Below are positions 1 through 9,814 of a DNA stretch of 64,000 bases, piece by piece. The first letter of the stretch is position 1. Every line of letters starts with the position of its first letter. Source of the DNA: an uncultured virus (IMG/VR IMGVR_UViG_3300037088_000888) (Duplodnaviria; Heunggongvirae; Uroviricota; Caudoviricetes); the IMG/VR virus record IMGVR_UViG_3300037088_000888. One strand, 5' to 3'. The notes beneath the pieces were generated by a model. The model ran no database searches. It was not told where the DNA came from and was given only the letters and a program-made list of their open reading frames with translations. The translations under genes and the position numbers were made by a program.

Positions 1-576
1 TTCATAATCTGGACGATGTGATTTGAATAATTTAACTTTTTTTGATTCGTCAATCTGATTGAACATGTGAAAAGCAACTGATGCCATTTTACCTTTCTGT
101 GCTTCTCCATACCCGTATACATTGAAAAACTTCAGACCATACCAGTTTGGTGGTTGTTGCTCTTGAATTTCTGCCCATATATCAAATTGTTGTTTTGACC
201 AGCCATATGGATTTAATGGTTTAAGATTAATAATATCCTTCTCATCATCAAATCCTTCTTTACCATCACCATATGTTGCTGCAGAACTTGCATAAATCAA
301 TGGTATACCCCAATCTGAACATAAATTCCAGATAAAAATTGAAGATTCAACATTATATTCATCGAATAAACTCTTATTCATTTCAGTAGTATCGGTAATT
401 GCTCCAAGGTGAAATATACAATCAATTTGATCAGCATAGGTTAAAAGCCAAGAATAAATAAAACCAAGATTTTCGGTTTTTGTATCAAGACTTACAACAC
501 CAATATTGCCCTGTCTTTCCAACTCTTTAACAAGATTTTTGCCAATAAATCCTTCACCACCTGTTACTACTATCAT
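1..576 (-). CDS. hldD: ADP-L-glycero-D-manno-heptose 6-epimerase-like SDR; 3' end runs off the window
   Basis: Not in the ORF track. Manual translation from ATG at 576: MIVVTGGEGFIGKN...FHLGAITDT...YASSAATYG...PLNPYGWSK...GLKFFNVYG. ATGA overlap with the upstream gene; next to heptose genes. Confidence 0.85.
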   Translation of the reverse strand, partial: MIVVTGGEGFIGKNLVKELERQGNIGVVSLDTKTENLGFIYSWLLTYADQIDCIFHLGAITDTTEMNKSLFDEYNVESSIFIWNLCSDWGIPLIYASSAATYGDGKEGFDDEKDIINLKPLNPYGWSKQQFDIWAEIQEQQPPNWYGLKFFNVYGYGEAQKGKMASVAFHMFNQIDESKKVKLFKSHRPDYE

Positions 577-1007
577 GAATTTTTAATTTTTTCAATAATA
601 TTTGTTGTTGACCTCTCGTCTACTTTATAATAGATTACACCATATTTCGAATTCTCATGTCCAATTACTTCTTTATCTTGATATTGATTACCAACAATCA
701 TATAATCAATACTCAATTCTTTAACTAATTGTCGCAGTTCATCATCTGTATTAAATATAAATACTTCATCAACCATTCTCAAATTACGCATTATTGTTAA
801 ACGTGTGTCAATGTCATTTATTGGTCGTTTATCTCCTTTTAAATTTTTAACTCTTTCATCACTATCAAGTCCAACAAATAAAGTGTTGTGAACAATAAGT
901 GGTGTATAAAATATTTCAAAATCTGGATTAAACATCTTTGCATAATTCAATAACTCAATATGCCCTGTATGTAAGATGTCAAAACAACCATTAGTCCAAA
1001 TATTCAT
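573..1007 (-). CDS. rfaE2: Heptose-1-phosphate adenylyltransferase (HldE domain II/RfaE2-like)
   Basis: NGCFDILHTGH (HxGH), GLDSDERVKNLKGDKRPIN, C-terminal RSTT. Confidence 0.85.
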   Translation of the reverse strand: MNIWTNGCFDILHTGHIELLNYAKMFNPDFEIFYTPLIVHNTLFVGLDSDERVKNLKGDKRPINDIDTRLTIMRNLRMVDEVFIFNTDDELRQLVKELSIDYMIVGNQYQDKEVIGHENSKYGVIYYKVDERSTTNIIEKIKNS

Positions 1008-1294
1008 AATTCATTAATTTTAAACGCTTTATCATCGATAATTCTATCATATGCAGGTTTGCTACTCATATCTAGTTTATGATGCAAACATCCCCAATCT
1101 CTCAGTTGTTTACGAGTTAAAATTGACCAATTTTTACGTGTAACTCTGCCACGAGCAGTCCAATAAACAATCGTATTGCCTTCATTATAAAGTCGATTTA
1201 TTTTATCAATATTTTCTTGAATCGGTTTGGAATTCTTATAATCACTATCAATAGTTGTACAAATTGTGTTATCAATATCTACGTAAATTAACAT
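1004..1294 (-). CDS. Small HAD-family phosphatase (capsule-biosynthesis type)
   Basis: YVDIDNTI (DxD), WTARG, KP...IDDKA. Confidence 0.75.
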   Translation of the reverse strand: MLIYVDIDNTICTTIDSDYKNSKPIQENIDKINRLYNEGNTIVYWTARGRVTRKNWSILTRKQLRDWGCLHHKLDMSSKPAYDRIIDDKAFKINEL

Positions 1295-1665
1295 TGACTA
1301 TCTCCTTTCTCTATTCTATAACTATCATTATCATTATGTGGTGTGCTTACTTCAAATATTTCACTTTCTTCAAGTGCTTCCAGTTGATGTGGAGTATTGC
1401 GTTCAATATGAATAATATCTCCTTCTACAAGACTAATATGCTGTCTTGCAGCAGTTCTTGTATCAATTGTGGTTAAGTTAAAAATACCTTTATTAACATA
1501 AAATGATTCCGTCTTTAAAGAATGAAAATGTAGGCTGAACATACCACCTTTTCTAAAACGCAATAATTTTCCACAATAATCTTCTCCATTGTGAATAATA
1601 ACTTCTTCGCCCCATGCTTTCGGTACGTGTATTTTTTTATTTGTTACATGTGTAATTTCTATCAT
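1288..1665 (-). CDS. Cupin-fold sugar isomerase-like protein
   Basis: VPKAWGEE, SLHFHSLKTESF, PHQ, EVST. Start moved to ATG 1665 to avoid overlap with the kinase gene. Confidence 0.7.
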   Translation of the reverse strand: MIEITHVTNKKIHVPKAWGEEVIIHNGEDYCGKLLRFRKGGMFSLHFHSLKTESFYVNKGIFNLTTIDTRTAARQHISLVEGDIIHIERNTPHQLEALEESEIFEVSTPHNDNDSYRIEKGDSQC

Positions 1666-1666
1666 A

Positions 1667-2449
1667 TTATTTAATTTTATATCTATCAACCACTGCCACA
1701 CCTTTTTGCGTTACTGCCCAAGCAGCACATTTGTTTGCAAATATAATTGCATCACAAATATCGTTATTTTCTATGAATTTCGCAACAAGTCCTGCAAAAA
1801 AAGTATCACCTGCACCTGTAAGATCACGTACAGGATGTTCATTAACATTTGGATACATCTCAGTTCTACATGCGCCATTATCATTATAATAACGCATCGC
1901 ACCAGCTTCACCTAATGTCACAATAACGTCATTTGGAAAATGAAGTGTTAAATAACCTTCATTTTGATCAAACTCTTTTTTATTTATTTTAATGAATTTT
2001 ATAAATGTTGCCCAATTGCTAATATTCTTCTTGGTATCCATGAACGTCAATGGATTGCTAATTGCAATACGTTTAATCATTTTTTCACTTAATAAACCTT
2101 TATCATAATCAGATATAACTACTGCATCATATGCACTATAATCAAAATTCATGATTTTATCATACATTCTTGGACTCGTAAAAATCATATCATTTTCATC
2201 AACTCGGAGTAGCATTTGATTACTGATTTCATCAACATAACGGGTTTTTGTAATACCGCTTTCGGTTAAAATATCGCATTCAACACCTAATGCTTTAAGA
2301 TTATTATAAACATTCACTGCCATGCCACCATTATTATTTGCTTTTGTTGGTTTAAATATAGGTACTGGTGCTTCAGGACTTAACCTTTCACACTTTCCAT
2401 ATTGAAACACATCTTTGCAACCGTCACCAATTACTAATACTTTTTTCAT
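1667..2449 (-). CDS. rfaE1: Heptose-7-phosphate kinase (HldE domain I/RfaE1, PfkB family)
   Basis: RLSPEAPVP, ISDYDKG, DLTGAGDTF. Confidence 0.85.
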   Translation of the reverse strand: MKKVLVIGDGCKDVFQYGKCERLSPEAPVPIFKPTKANNNGGMAVNVYNNLKALGVECDILTESGITKTRYVDEISNQMLLRVDENDMIFTSPRMYDKIMNFDYSAYDAVVISDYDKGLLSEKMIKRIAISNPLTFMDTKKNISNWATFIKFIKINKKEFDQNEGYLTLHFPNDVIVTLGEAGAMRYYNDNGACRTEMYPNVNEHPVRDLTGAGDTFFAGLVAKFIENNDICDAIIFANKCAAWAVTQKGVAVVDRYKIK

Positions 2450-3465
2450 TATAAATTTTTTAATATCTTCATTATTTTTTCTGCAGCATGTCCATCACCA
2501 AATGGACATTCTACATTTATTTTATAATTATTAATGTGATGTATAAATGCCCCAATTAACATATTTGGTCTTTCAACCATAAAAGTGCTTAATCCAATTG
2601 CTTCTGGACGTTCTGTTACAATTCGGCAAGTTAAACATTTTTTATTGAAAAAGCAAGATTCTTCTTGAAGTCCACCACTATCAGTAATTACAAGTCTGCA
2701 TTGAACCAGTAAATCAAGCATTTTCTCATATGGAAGTGGGTCAATAATCACAACATTCTTTAATAAATGCTTCCATTTTTGTACATTTGGATTAGGATGA
2801 ATTGGTAGAATAAATTCATATTCTGGATATAATTTAGCCAAATTATCTAATTCAATGAACCATTTGTCCATCCAGTGATGATTCTCACGCCTATGTAGAG
2901 TAACTAAAATCTTATTAGTATATTCACATTTATCTTTATAAGATAATAAATTATCGATCACTGTGTTGCCAACCACATAAATATCATCATCAATTCTTTC
3001 ATTCAATAAATTTTGTTTTGCTAATTCTGTCGGACATAAATGAATATCAGCAATTTCTGAAATAATTCTCCTGTTTACTTCTTCAGGATATGGATTTTTT
3101 TTATCATATGTTCTAAGTCCTGCTTCCAGATGAATAACTTTTATACCATGATGATATGCAGATAATGCAATTGCCATTGCTGATGTGGTATCTCCCTGAA
3201 CCATTACATGAGTTATATTATCATAAAACATTTTTGCTCCCGTAAACACGCCCATTATTGATTGAACGATTTCGTCTAATCTATTCTCTTGAATACCCGA
3301 ATTAATGATGCTGGTTACATAATTTGCGGGACATTCTTTTAATAAATCCACATGTTGACCAGTAAATAATGTTTTAAATAAAAAATTATTTTTATTCAAT
3401 TCATTAATTATTGGTTTAGTTTTGACAAACTCAGGACGAGTTCCATATGCAATAAGTAAATTCAT
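2449..3465 (-). CDS. wecB: UDP-N-acetylglucosamine 2-epimerase (non-hydrolysing)
   Basis: GTRPE, TGQH, QGDTTS, HLEAGLRT, PEEVNR, TLHRREN, DSGGLQEE. Confidence 0.92.
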   Translation of the reverse strand: MNLLIAYGTRPEFVKTKPIINELNKNNFLFKTLFTGQHVDLLKECPANYVTSIINSGIQENRLDEIVQSIMGVFTGAKMFYDNITHVMVQGDTTSAMAIALSAYHHGIKVIHLEAGLRTYDKKNPYPEEVNRRIISEIADIHLCPTELAKQNLLNERIDDDIYVVGNTVIDNLLSYKDKCEYTNKILVTLHRRENHHWMDKWFIELDNLAKLYPEYEFILPIHPNPNVQKWKHLLKNVVIIDPLPYEKMLDLLVQCRLVITDSGGLQEESCFFNKKCLTCRIVTERPEAIGLSTFMVERPNMLIGAFIHHINNYKINVECPFGDGHAAEKIMKILKNL

Positions 3466-3914
3466 ATTAATTTGTTTTTATAGTATTCAACGTTATCGCT
3501 ACATATACCAAAAATATTCTTCGGTATTGTAAAGTTCTCGTCTTTTGCAAATTTAAGTAATATTGAACGTTCTGTCAACGATTTTTCAGGATACGTCCAA
3601 ATATATTTATGTGATGTTAATGTACAATTATCATTTTGATGAAAAAAACAATTAATTTCAAAATATTTTAATAATTCATTTAAAGTATAAATATCTTTAG
3701 CATGACACCAAAGAAACACTGAAAATTGCTGTAAAAAAGCTAATGAAATTTTATACTCAAAATTATCGTGTCCCAAATAAAATGAATTATCTTTATACCA
3801 CATATCAATTTCCACATCAAAACCCCCTTCTATTGCTGAAACAATATATTCTAACGTATTTTCTTTTTCAATTTCAACACCATTAATGTTACCTCTATGT
3901 GCAATAAATTTCAT
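3462..3914 (-). CDS. Short glycerophosphodiester phosphodiesterase-like protein
   Basis: IAHRGN...ENT...DVEID...LGHD; ends GICSD. Confidence 0.65.
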   Translation of the reverse strand: MKFIAHRGNINGVEIEKENTLEYIVSAIEGGFDVEIDMWYKDNSFYLGHDNFEYKISLAFLQQFSVFLWCHAKDIYTLNELLKYFEINCFFHQNDNCTLTSHKYIWTYPEKSLTERSILLKFAKDENFTIPKNIFGICSDNVEYYKNKLI

Positions 3915-4639
3915 TATAAATATTTTTTATTTACATAAATTACATCTGCTTCTGTTTGCTGTGGTTCTGGTTTCGATTCAAGTAAGTGAAAATTCTTATT
4001 CAATAATATATCCAATTCTGATTTCATTGTGGCATTTTTATATAATGCCTGAAGTTCAACCTCTGTGGCGATACCATCTACATCATTCAAAAAATGTCCC
4101 ATGCCTTCAAAAACAAGTTTTTCAACACCTTGAACATCTGCCCAAATTAAATCAACTTTATTTATATTATTTTCTTTTAACCAATCTTCCAATCTAACAC
4201 ACTCAATTTCAATTTCTTTTTGTGCCCATCCACTTGAACGTGGGTGACCACTGGTTAATAAAAATGAACTTGCTCCCACGTTACCATTTATTACTTCATA
4301 AAATTTAGATTTTCCATTAAATGAACTAACTGCTTTGGGTATAATTGTAATATTAGGAATGTTTTTTGTTGTGTTTCTACACCATGCAATATTAGATGGT
4401 ACTGGTTCAAACGCATAAATCTTTGTATTTGGAAACCATCTGTTAAACTCTAATGTTTGACATGCATCCCTTGAACCGATATCCAGAATAACTTTAATGT
4501 TATCGAATTTAAGATACTTTGACATATGTGTAATAAATGAATATGTTAATATATTACACACACCATCCCAATTTCTAAAACAACCATGTTTTAATTCATC
4601 AGGAGTAAATGCATTGTTAATGTAATCGAGATTTCCCAT
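3914..4639 (-). CDS. FkbM-family SAM methyltransferase
   Basis: LDIGS, YAFEP, DLIWADVQGVE. Confidence 0.85.
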   Translation of the reverse strand: MGNLDYINNAFTPDELKHGCFRNWDGVCNILTYSFITHMSKYLKFDNIKVILDIGSRDACQTLEFNRWFPNTKIYAFEPVPSNIAWCRNTTKNIPNITIIPKAVSSFNGKSKFYEVINGNVGASSFLLTSGHPRSSGWAQKEIEIECVRLEDWLKENNINKVDLIWADVQGVEKLVFEGMGHFLNDVDGIATEVELQALYKNATMKSELDILLNKNFHLLESKPEPQQTEADVIYVNKKYL

Positions 4640-5815
4640 TTATTTTTTTCCCCATGTTTTAATTGCCAGATAATATTCTTTCCGATATGTTTTATCAATT
4701 GCTTGTCTCATTGCCAAACAACCAGCATATGTACCATTAGGATGCCCGTGTAACGCACCACCAACATTTGCCATATAATCTACCCCAATTTTATTATTAA
4801 TGTACTCAATCAAACCCGGATGCATTCCACAACTAAGTGCAGGGGTAACATTATTCTCGGTCAACACCTTTAATGCTTTTAATAATTCAACTTCATCATT
4901 GTCCATATAACCACCAATCATGCCAGCATGAATTGAATCAACGCCCATGTATGATGCTAATTTACATATCACGTACCAATCAATATGAAAATCGTGTGTT
5001 TTACTTGTTAAAATTTTATCACCACTTTTCTGAAAATGAATAAAAATTGGTAAATCTAAATCTCTAACAGATTTATAAACACCCATTCCAGACCAAAAAT
5101 TAATATGAACTGAATTGCCACCAAGACAATAAACGGTTTTAACCCTGTTCAACACATACATTGGGTCTGAATTAATACATACGGAATATATCACATTTTT
5201 TCCTATTAAATAATTCATTATTTTCGGTACTCTATCAGTTATTTTACAGAATTCTGGATTTCCCAATATTTCATCTTCTTTTATAAAATTTACACCACCA
5301 TCAACCATTTCCTTTACCATATCCAATAATACTCCACTTGATATACCAGTCTTTGGCTTAACAATACCACCAAAAAATGGTTTATTATATGTGTTTGTAT
5401 ATTCTCTAAATCCAGTTAAACCAAACTTAGGTTTCTTAAAATTATTAACAATTGAGTCAGGAAATTCAATATCCAAAACATGACATTTAATTATATCATC
5501 AATGTCTAATTGACCACCCATTATAAAACATAGTAATTGTGAAATACCATCTGTATTCCAATCGATATTTACTTTTGGAAAAGCTATATTTACAATACCT
5601 CTTTTAAGTAATTTTAATTCGGCTTCATCAGCAATTACCAATGCTGAATATTTTTCAAACAATTCATCTGTTTCCCACTTATTTCTAACATTTGGATTAC
5701 CAACACTTTGACCAATAGCTAAACTCCAAGCTGCAGTTCTTAACGATGTCTTTGATTCTAAAAAATATTTAACTATAATATAGTCATTTTTATTTATTTC
5801 CTCTTTAAATATCAT
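4640..5815 (-). CDS. RuBisCO-like protein (form IV/RLP)
   Basis: PKFG, GIVKPKTG (K175/K177 equivalents), GVNFIKEDE (carbamylated Lys/Mg motif), PALSCG, GGALHGHP. Confidence 0.88.
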   Translation of the reverse strand: MIFKEEINKNDYIIVKYFLESKTSLRTAAWSLAIGQSVGNPNVRNKWETDELFEKYSALVIADEAELKLLKRGIVNIAFPKVNIDWNTDGISQLLCFIMGGQLDIDDIIKCHVLDIEFPDSIVNNFKKPKFGLTGFREYTNTYNKPFFGGIVKPKTGISSGVLLDMVKEMVDGGVNFIKEDEILGNPEFCKITDRVPKIMNYLIGKNVIYSVCINSDPMYVLNRVKTVYCLGGNSVHINFWSGMGVYKSVRDLDLPIFIHFQKSGDKILTSKTHDFHIDWYVICKLASYMGVDSIHAGMIGGYMDNDEVELLKALKVLTENNVTPALSCGMHPGLIEYINNKIGVDYMANVGGALHGHPNGTYAGCLAMRQAIDKTYRKEYYLAIKTWGKK

Positions 5816-5820
5816 GTCTT

Positions 5821-6144
5821 TTATTTTACAACATATTTATCATTTTTAAATGAACCGTCTCTGGATATGATAAGTTCACAATCAGTTAAATACTCAGGTT
5901 CAACAATTTCGTTAGGATATATTATGAAAATATCACCAACTTCAAGTAATTCTCCATGTATTTTCATTTGACCACTTATAACATAATTTATCTCAGTTGT
6001 TAACATATGATAATGTTTATCCCATTGCTGACCTTTCTTATATTTATGATAACCAACTTCAAATTTTTCTGTATGAAATGCTGTTGGCATAAAATCACCA
6101 ACAAACCATCCACCCTTCATGTCACTTATTTTGAGTTTTTCCAT
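5821..6144 (-). CDS. Small cupin protein
   Basis: GGWFVGDF, HYH..TTEINYVISG. Confidence 0.7.
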   Translation of the reverse strand: MEKLKISDMKGGWFVGDFMPTAFHTEKFEVGYHKYKKGQQWDKHYHMLTTEINYVISGQMKIHGELLEVGDIFIIYPNEIVEPEYLTDCELIISRDGSFKNDKYVVK

Positions 6145-6878
6145 TGTAAATATTTTTTTAAATCTTCTGGGTCACCGACAGAAAAATGCTGATTTGGTTT
6201 TAATTTATATGTTTTAATTTTATATCCATCATTAATCATTTGATTATATGTCATGGAAACATAAAATTCATTTTTTATTCTAATGTTTTTTAAAATCATT
6301 TTTTCTGCCGATTCTACAAAATATTTTCCCATTTTCCAATAATGTATTCCGTTTAATGGTTGGTCACTTATAATTTCTTTCTCAACCAATCTTATTCCAT
6401 ATCCATTTTCATCCAATTCAATAAAACTTTCAGTAGTTGCAATTTTATTCCATGTTACTACCAAACCATCAACATCTTCTTGATTTATAGCATTCAAAAA
6501 ATCTTGAGAATTCCAATAGGATATTCTATCACAATTTGTAATAATTAATGGTTTGTTATTATTAATTAATTCTTTTGCTAATAATACACTACAAGCAGGA
6601 CCTTCAGTCACATGATTAATTTGAATTATATCACAATCAGGTGTTACTTCAGATAATATATTATTTAATTCAATATTTAATGAATGGTCATCATACTTTC
6701 TTGTAATATATATATAATTTCCGTCAAGTTTTAAACTATTAATAGCATGCCAAACCATTGCTTTGTCATCAATTTTTATGAGTGGTTTTGGTAGATTAAA
6801 TTGACTAAATCTTCCGCCACGACCAGCCATTGGCATTACAATATTTATTTTATTGTTTGTAAACATAACAAATATCAT
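6126..6878 (-). CDS. Sugar-phosphate nucleotidyltransferase
   Basis: PMAGRGGRF..PKPLI, TEGPAC, NCD, EKE, NEFYV. Confidence 0.85.
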   Translation of the reverse strand: MIFVMFTNNKINIVMPMAGRGGRFSQFNLPKPLIKIDDKAMVWHAINSLKLDGNYIYITRKYDDHSLNIELNNILSEVTPDCDIIQINHVTEGPACSVLLAKELINNNKPLIITNCDRISYWNSQDFLNAINQEDVDGLVVTWNKIATTESFIELDENGYGIRLVEKEIISDQPLNGIHYWKMGKYFVESAEKMILKNIRIKNEFYVSMTYNQMINDGYKIKTYKLKPNQHFSVGDPEDLKKYLQWKNSK

Positions 6879-7440
6879 TTTTATATATTGATAATTTAAT
6901 TTGTTTTTTTAACCACAAAACATCATTCACATTATTTAAATTTTTACCAAAAAATTCAATGTTTTTATTTAATTGTTTTTTCCTAATATTATTAGTTAAT
7001 GCAATTTCGGCACACCATACATTAATATTAGTAAAATTCCACATATCGTATATTTTATCGGTTTCCCCTTCCATTATATAATCAACATAATAATCTCCAC
7101 TGTCATGAAAAAAAAACATATTTATTGCATTTAAAAGAAATAATTTAACAAATTCATCGGTATTTGTTGGAATCATATCACTTCTCCATTTCAACACTCT
7201 TTCATATTTTAATTCTTTTGCCTTTAATATGCCATTTAATGTTGTTTTCTGTTGTAACATAACATTTCCAACACCACGTACTGAAGGCATTTCATTAAAT
7301 ACAACAATATCTTCTTTATTATATTTACTTTCATTACCTATCCATGTTGACCATATTAATGAATTTCCTGACCATGCTTTTTTAAGTTCATTAACATAAT
7401 CAGATTGACCCTGTATAACAATTGCACCGCTATAATTCAT
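6850..7440 (-). CDS. WavE-like polysaccharide synthesis protein
   Basis: AIVIQG, IWSTW, QQKTTLNG, LKWRSD. Confidence 0.5.
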   Translation of the reverse strand: MNYSGAIVIQGQSDYVNELKKAWSGNSLIWSTWIGNESKYNKEDIVVFNEMPSVRGVGNVMLQQKTTLNGILKAKELKYERVLKWRSDMIPTNTDEFVKLFLLNAINMFFFHDSGDYYVDYIMEGETDKIYDMWNFTNINVWCAEIALTNNIRKKQLNKNIEFFGKNLNNVNDVLWLKKQIKLSIYKNDICYVYKQ

Positions 7441-8470
7441 TTACTTGTTTATTAATCCAATTATATGTTTTTACTAATCCTGCTTCTAATGGTTGACTTA
7501 CTTCCCAACCAATTTTTTCACGATAAAGTTTATTATCTGAATTTCTGCCACGAACTCCTTCAGGACATTTAAAAGTATATTTATCAATAAATACCTGTCC
7601 TGCAATATTTTTAATCTTAAGATTTTTACCAGAAATATCAATTGTCATTTGAGCTAATTGATTAATGCTCACCATTTCTTCTGAACCAATATTAAGTGGT
7701 TCAATACAATCACTTGCCATTAATCTTTGAATAGCCTCAAGACATTCATCAACATATAGAAATGAACGGGTTTGTTGACCATCGCCCCAAACTTCAATTT
7801 CATGTGAGATCAGATCATTAGTGTGTTCTGCAACCTTTCTACACATTGCTGCAGGTGCTTTCTCTTTACCACCACGCCAAGTACCAAATGTGCCAAATAT
7901 GTTGTGAAACCTTGCTATTCTCACATTTAAACCATAGTTTCTGTGATAAGATAAATATAATCTTTCACTAAATAGTTTTTCCCAGCCATATTCACTATCA
8001 GGTGCTGCGGGATATGCTGAAGATTCTGCACAATTTGGATTATTTGGGGTAAGTTGATTATATGCTGGGTACATGCATGCCGAAGAAGAATAAAAAAGTT
8101 TTTTTACTCCTTTTTTAACTGCTTCGTGTACTACGTTTAAGTTAATTAATGTCGAATTGTGCATAACATCAGCATCATGTTCTCCAGTAAAAATATATCC
8201 CGCACCACCCATGTCTGCTGCAAGTTGATATACTTCATCAAATGCATTTTCGTCACCATTTACACTTTGTTTCGGAGCAAACATTACTCTTGAAACCAGC
8301 ATTGGGTCACGAAGATCACCAAGAATAAATTCATCAGAAATTTCTTCGTGAGAAAAGTATTCGTGATTTTTTATGTCAACAATTCTTACCCAATTACCTT
8401 CTGATTTTAAACGTTTTCCAAGATGACCACCGATAAAGCCACCGCCACCTAAAATTAATATTCTTTTCAT
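7430..8470 (-). CDS. NAD-dependent epimerase, GDP-mannose 3,5-epimerase-like
   Basis: GGGGFIG, LAADMGGAG, SSACMYP, YGWEK, EKAPAAMCRK, GVRGRNSDN. Confidence 0.85.
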   Translation of the reverse strand: MKRILILGGGGFIGGHLGKRLKSEGNWVRIVDIKNHEYFSHEEISDEFILGDLRDPMLVSRVMFAPKQSVNGDENAFDEVYQLAADMGGAGYIFTGEHDADVMHNSTLINLNVVHEAVKKGVKKLFYSSSACMYPAYNQLTPNNPNCAESSAYPAAPDSEYGWEKLFSERLYLSYHRNYGLNVRIARFHNIFGTFGTWRGGKEKAPAAMCRKVAEHTNDLISHEIEVWGDGQQTRSFLYVDECLEAIQRLMASDCIEPLNIGSEEMVSINQLAQMTIDISGKNLKIKNIAGQVFIDKYTFKCPEGVRGRNSDNKLYREKIGWEVSQPLEAGLVKTYNWINKQVNEL

Positions 8471-9396
8471 ATTTTAAATTGTTTTTTATAAATATTATAA
8501 AACTTTAACGTTTTTGCGGGTAATAATTGTTCAAAATTATTTAAATTTTTAATCAACGTCAAGGTATTTCTGTAACCAATTATCTCATTTTCCAAATTAG
8601 TTATCAAATCTTGGATATTTCTTTTTTGATAAACCGATGCTTTATTATATATTACTGAATTTGGAAAATAATGTTGTAATATATATGAACCCCAAATATC
8701 GTCCATTCTGCCAATGTATGGAAATACTGCATAATACGGAATTACTTCTCTTGACAAAAAAGTATTTTGTGAATTAAACGGTGCTATTCTGTCCGAACAA
8801 TATGGTGCAGTAATATTAGAGTATTTTACAATTGGTTTAAATGATAGTCTTGCAAGAGCATCAATATCTGGGTCACCATCCCACAAATCTGCTTGAACCA
8901 ATACCTTTCTTTTTGTTTTACCACGATATTCAACCATATGACGTTCTTGAAGATATTCAATTGGAAATCCTCTATGCCAAATGTAATTATCTTTAGTTAT
9001 TGATAAAGGATCGAAAACATCTAACTTTGGATGATATAAATCAACTTCAATTTCTTGATTAACAAAAATTTCATTTCCCCACGAATCATATGGAATATTA
9101 TCGTCATCAGATGATGCAATAATTTCAGCACCCAAATTATATGCTTCGAGAAATCCAATATTTCTGCGCTGAGAACAATTCCAGCCAATGGCTTCACTTA
9201 ATTCTTTATATTCATTTTTTTGATATTCTGGCGTTAAATATTTAACATTTGAAAATTGTTTTTCAAGTTTATAATATTCTTCATGTGGTGTTTTTAAATC
9301 ACCCACTATTATAAAAAACCAATCTCTTTTTTCACAAAATTTAAATATTGCTTCACTTGGTTTGTTGATTGTTGTTATTATTATATATTTTTTCAT
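8467..9396 (-). CDS. STELLO/DUF288-like glycosyltransferase-related protein
   Basis: IITTIN, VGDLKTP, RRNIGFL, DDDN, WHRGFP, GDPDIDA, FNSQNT, RMDDIW. Confidence 0.65.
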   Translation of the reverse strand: MKKYIIITTINKPSEAIFKFCEKRDWFFIIVGDLKTPHEEYYKLEKQFSNVKYLTPEYQKNEYKELSEAIGWNCSQRRNIGFLEAYNLGAEIIASSDDDNIPYDSWGNEIFVNQEIEVDLYHPKLDVFDPLSITKDNYIWHRGFPIEYLQERHMVEYRGKTKRKVLVQADLWDGDPDIDALARLSFKPIVKYSNITAPYCSDRIAPFNSQNTFLSREVIPYYAVFPYIGRMDDIWGSYILQHYFPNSVIYNKASVYQKRNIQDLITNLENEIIGYRNTLTLIKNLNNFEQLLPAKTLKFYNIYKKQFKI

Positions 9397-9411
9397 ATTT
9401 GAGATTTTTAA

Positions 9412-9813
9412 TTACCAACTTATTTCCCAATCTTTAAAATTGACAGCAAGACAATCGATTTTATAATCTTTTCTTCCGCCAACAATTTCCTGTACTTTAT
9501 TTTTTGCCACATTTCTAATACCATTCAATCCATGTGTTAATTCAAGATTATTGCCATCTTTAATTCCTTTTCTATAATTAGATTCATTATGCCAAATATG
9601 TAGATTCATTTGTGCTAACACAATAATTGCTCTAATAGTTTCAGCATTTATTTTGTTGTTTGATTCTTCAAGTATAAGATTAATGTCACTAACAATATCT
9701 TTAATTTCTTGTGCATATTCTTCTTTATGTTCTGGAATAAACACTTCTTTTAATTGTACTATTGATAATCTATCAATTAATTCCGCTAATGTGGGTAAAT
9801 ATTTTCTATCCAT
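9412..9813 (-). CDS. Helical hypothetical protein (DUF4254-like)
   Basis: LAELIDRLSIVQLK, NLHIWHNE; in operon. Confidence 0.45.
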   Translation of the reverse strand: MDRKYLPTLAELIDRLSIVQLKEVFIPEHKEEYAQEIKDIVSDINLILEESNNKINAETIRAIIVLAQMNLHIWHNESNYRKGIKDGNNLELTHGLNGIRNVAKNKVQEIVGGRKDYKIDCLAVNFKDWEISW

Positions 9814-9814
9814 C

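Noticed and set aside
4640..5815. CO2-fixing RuBisCO as an auxiliary metabolic gene
   Set aside because: Residues equivalent to E60, H294 and K334 appear substituted; no small subunit or phosphoribulokinase nearby.
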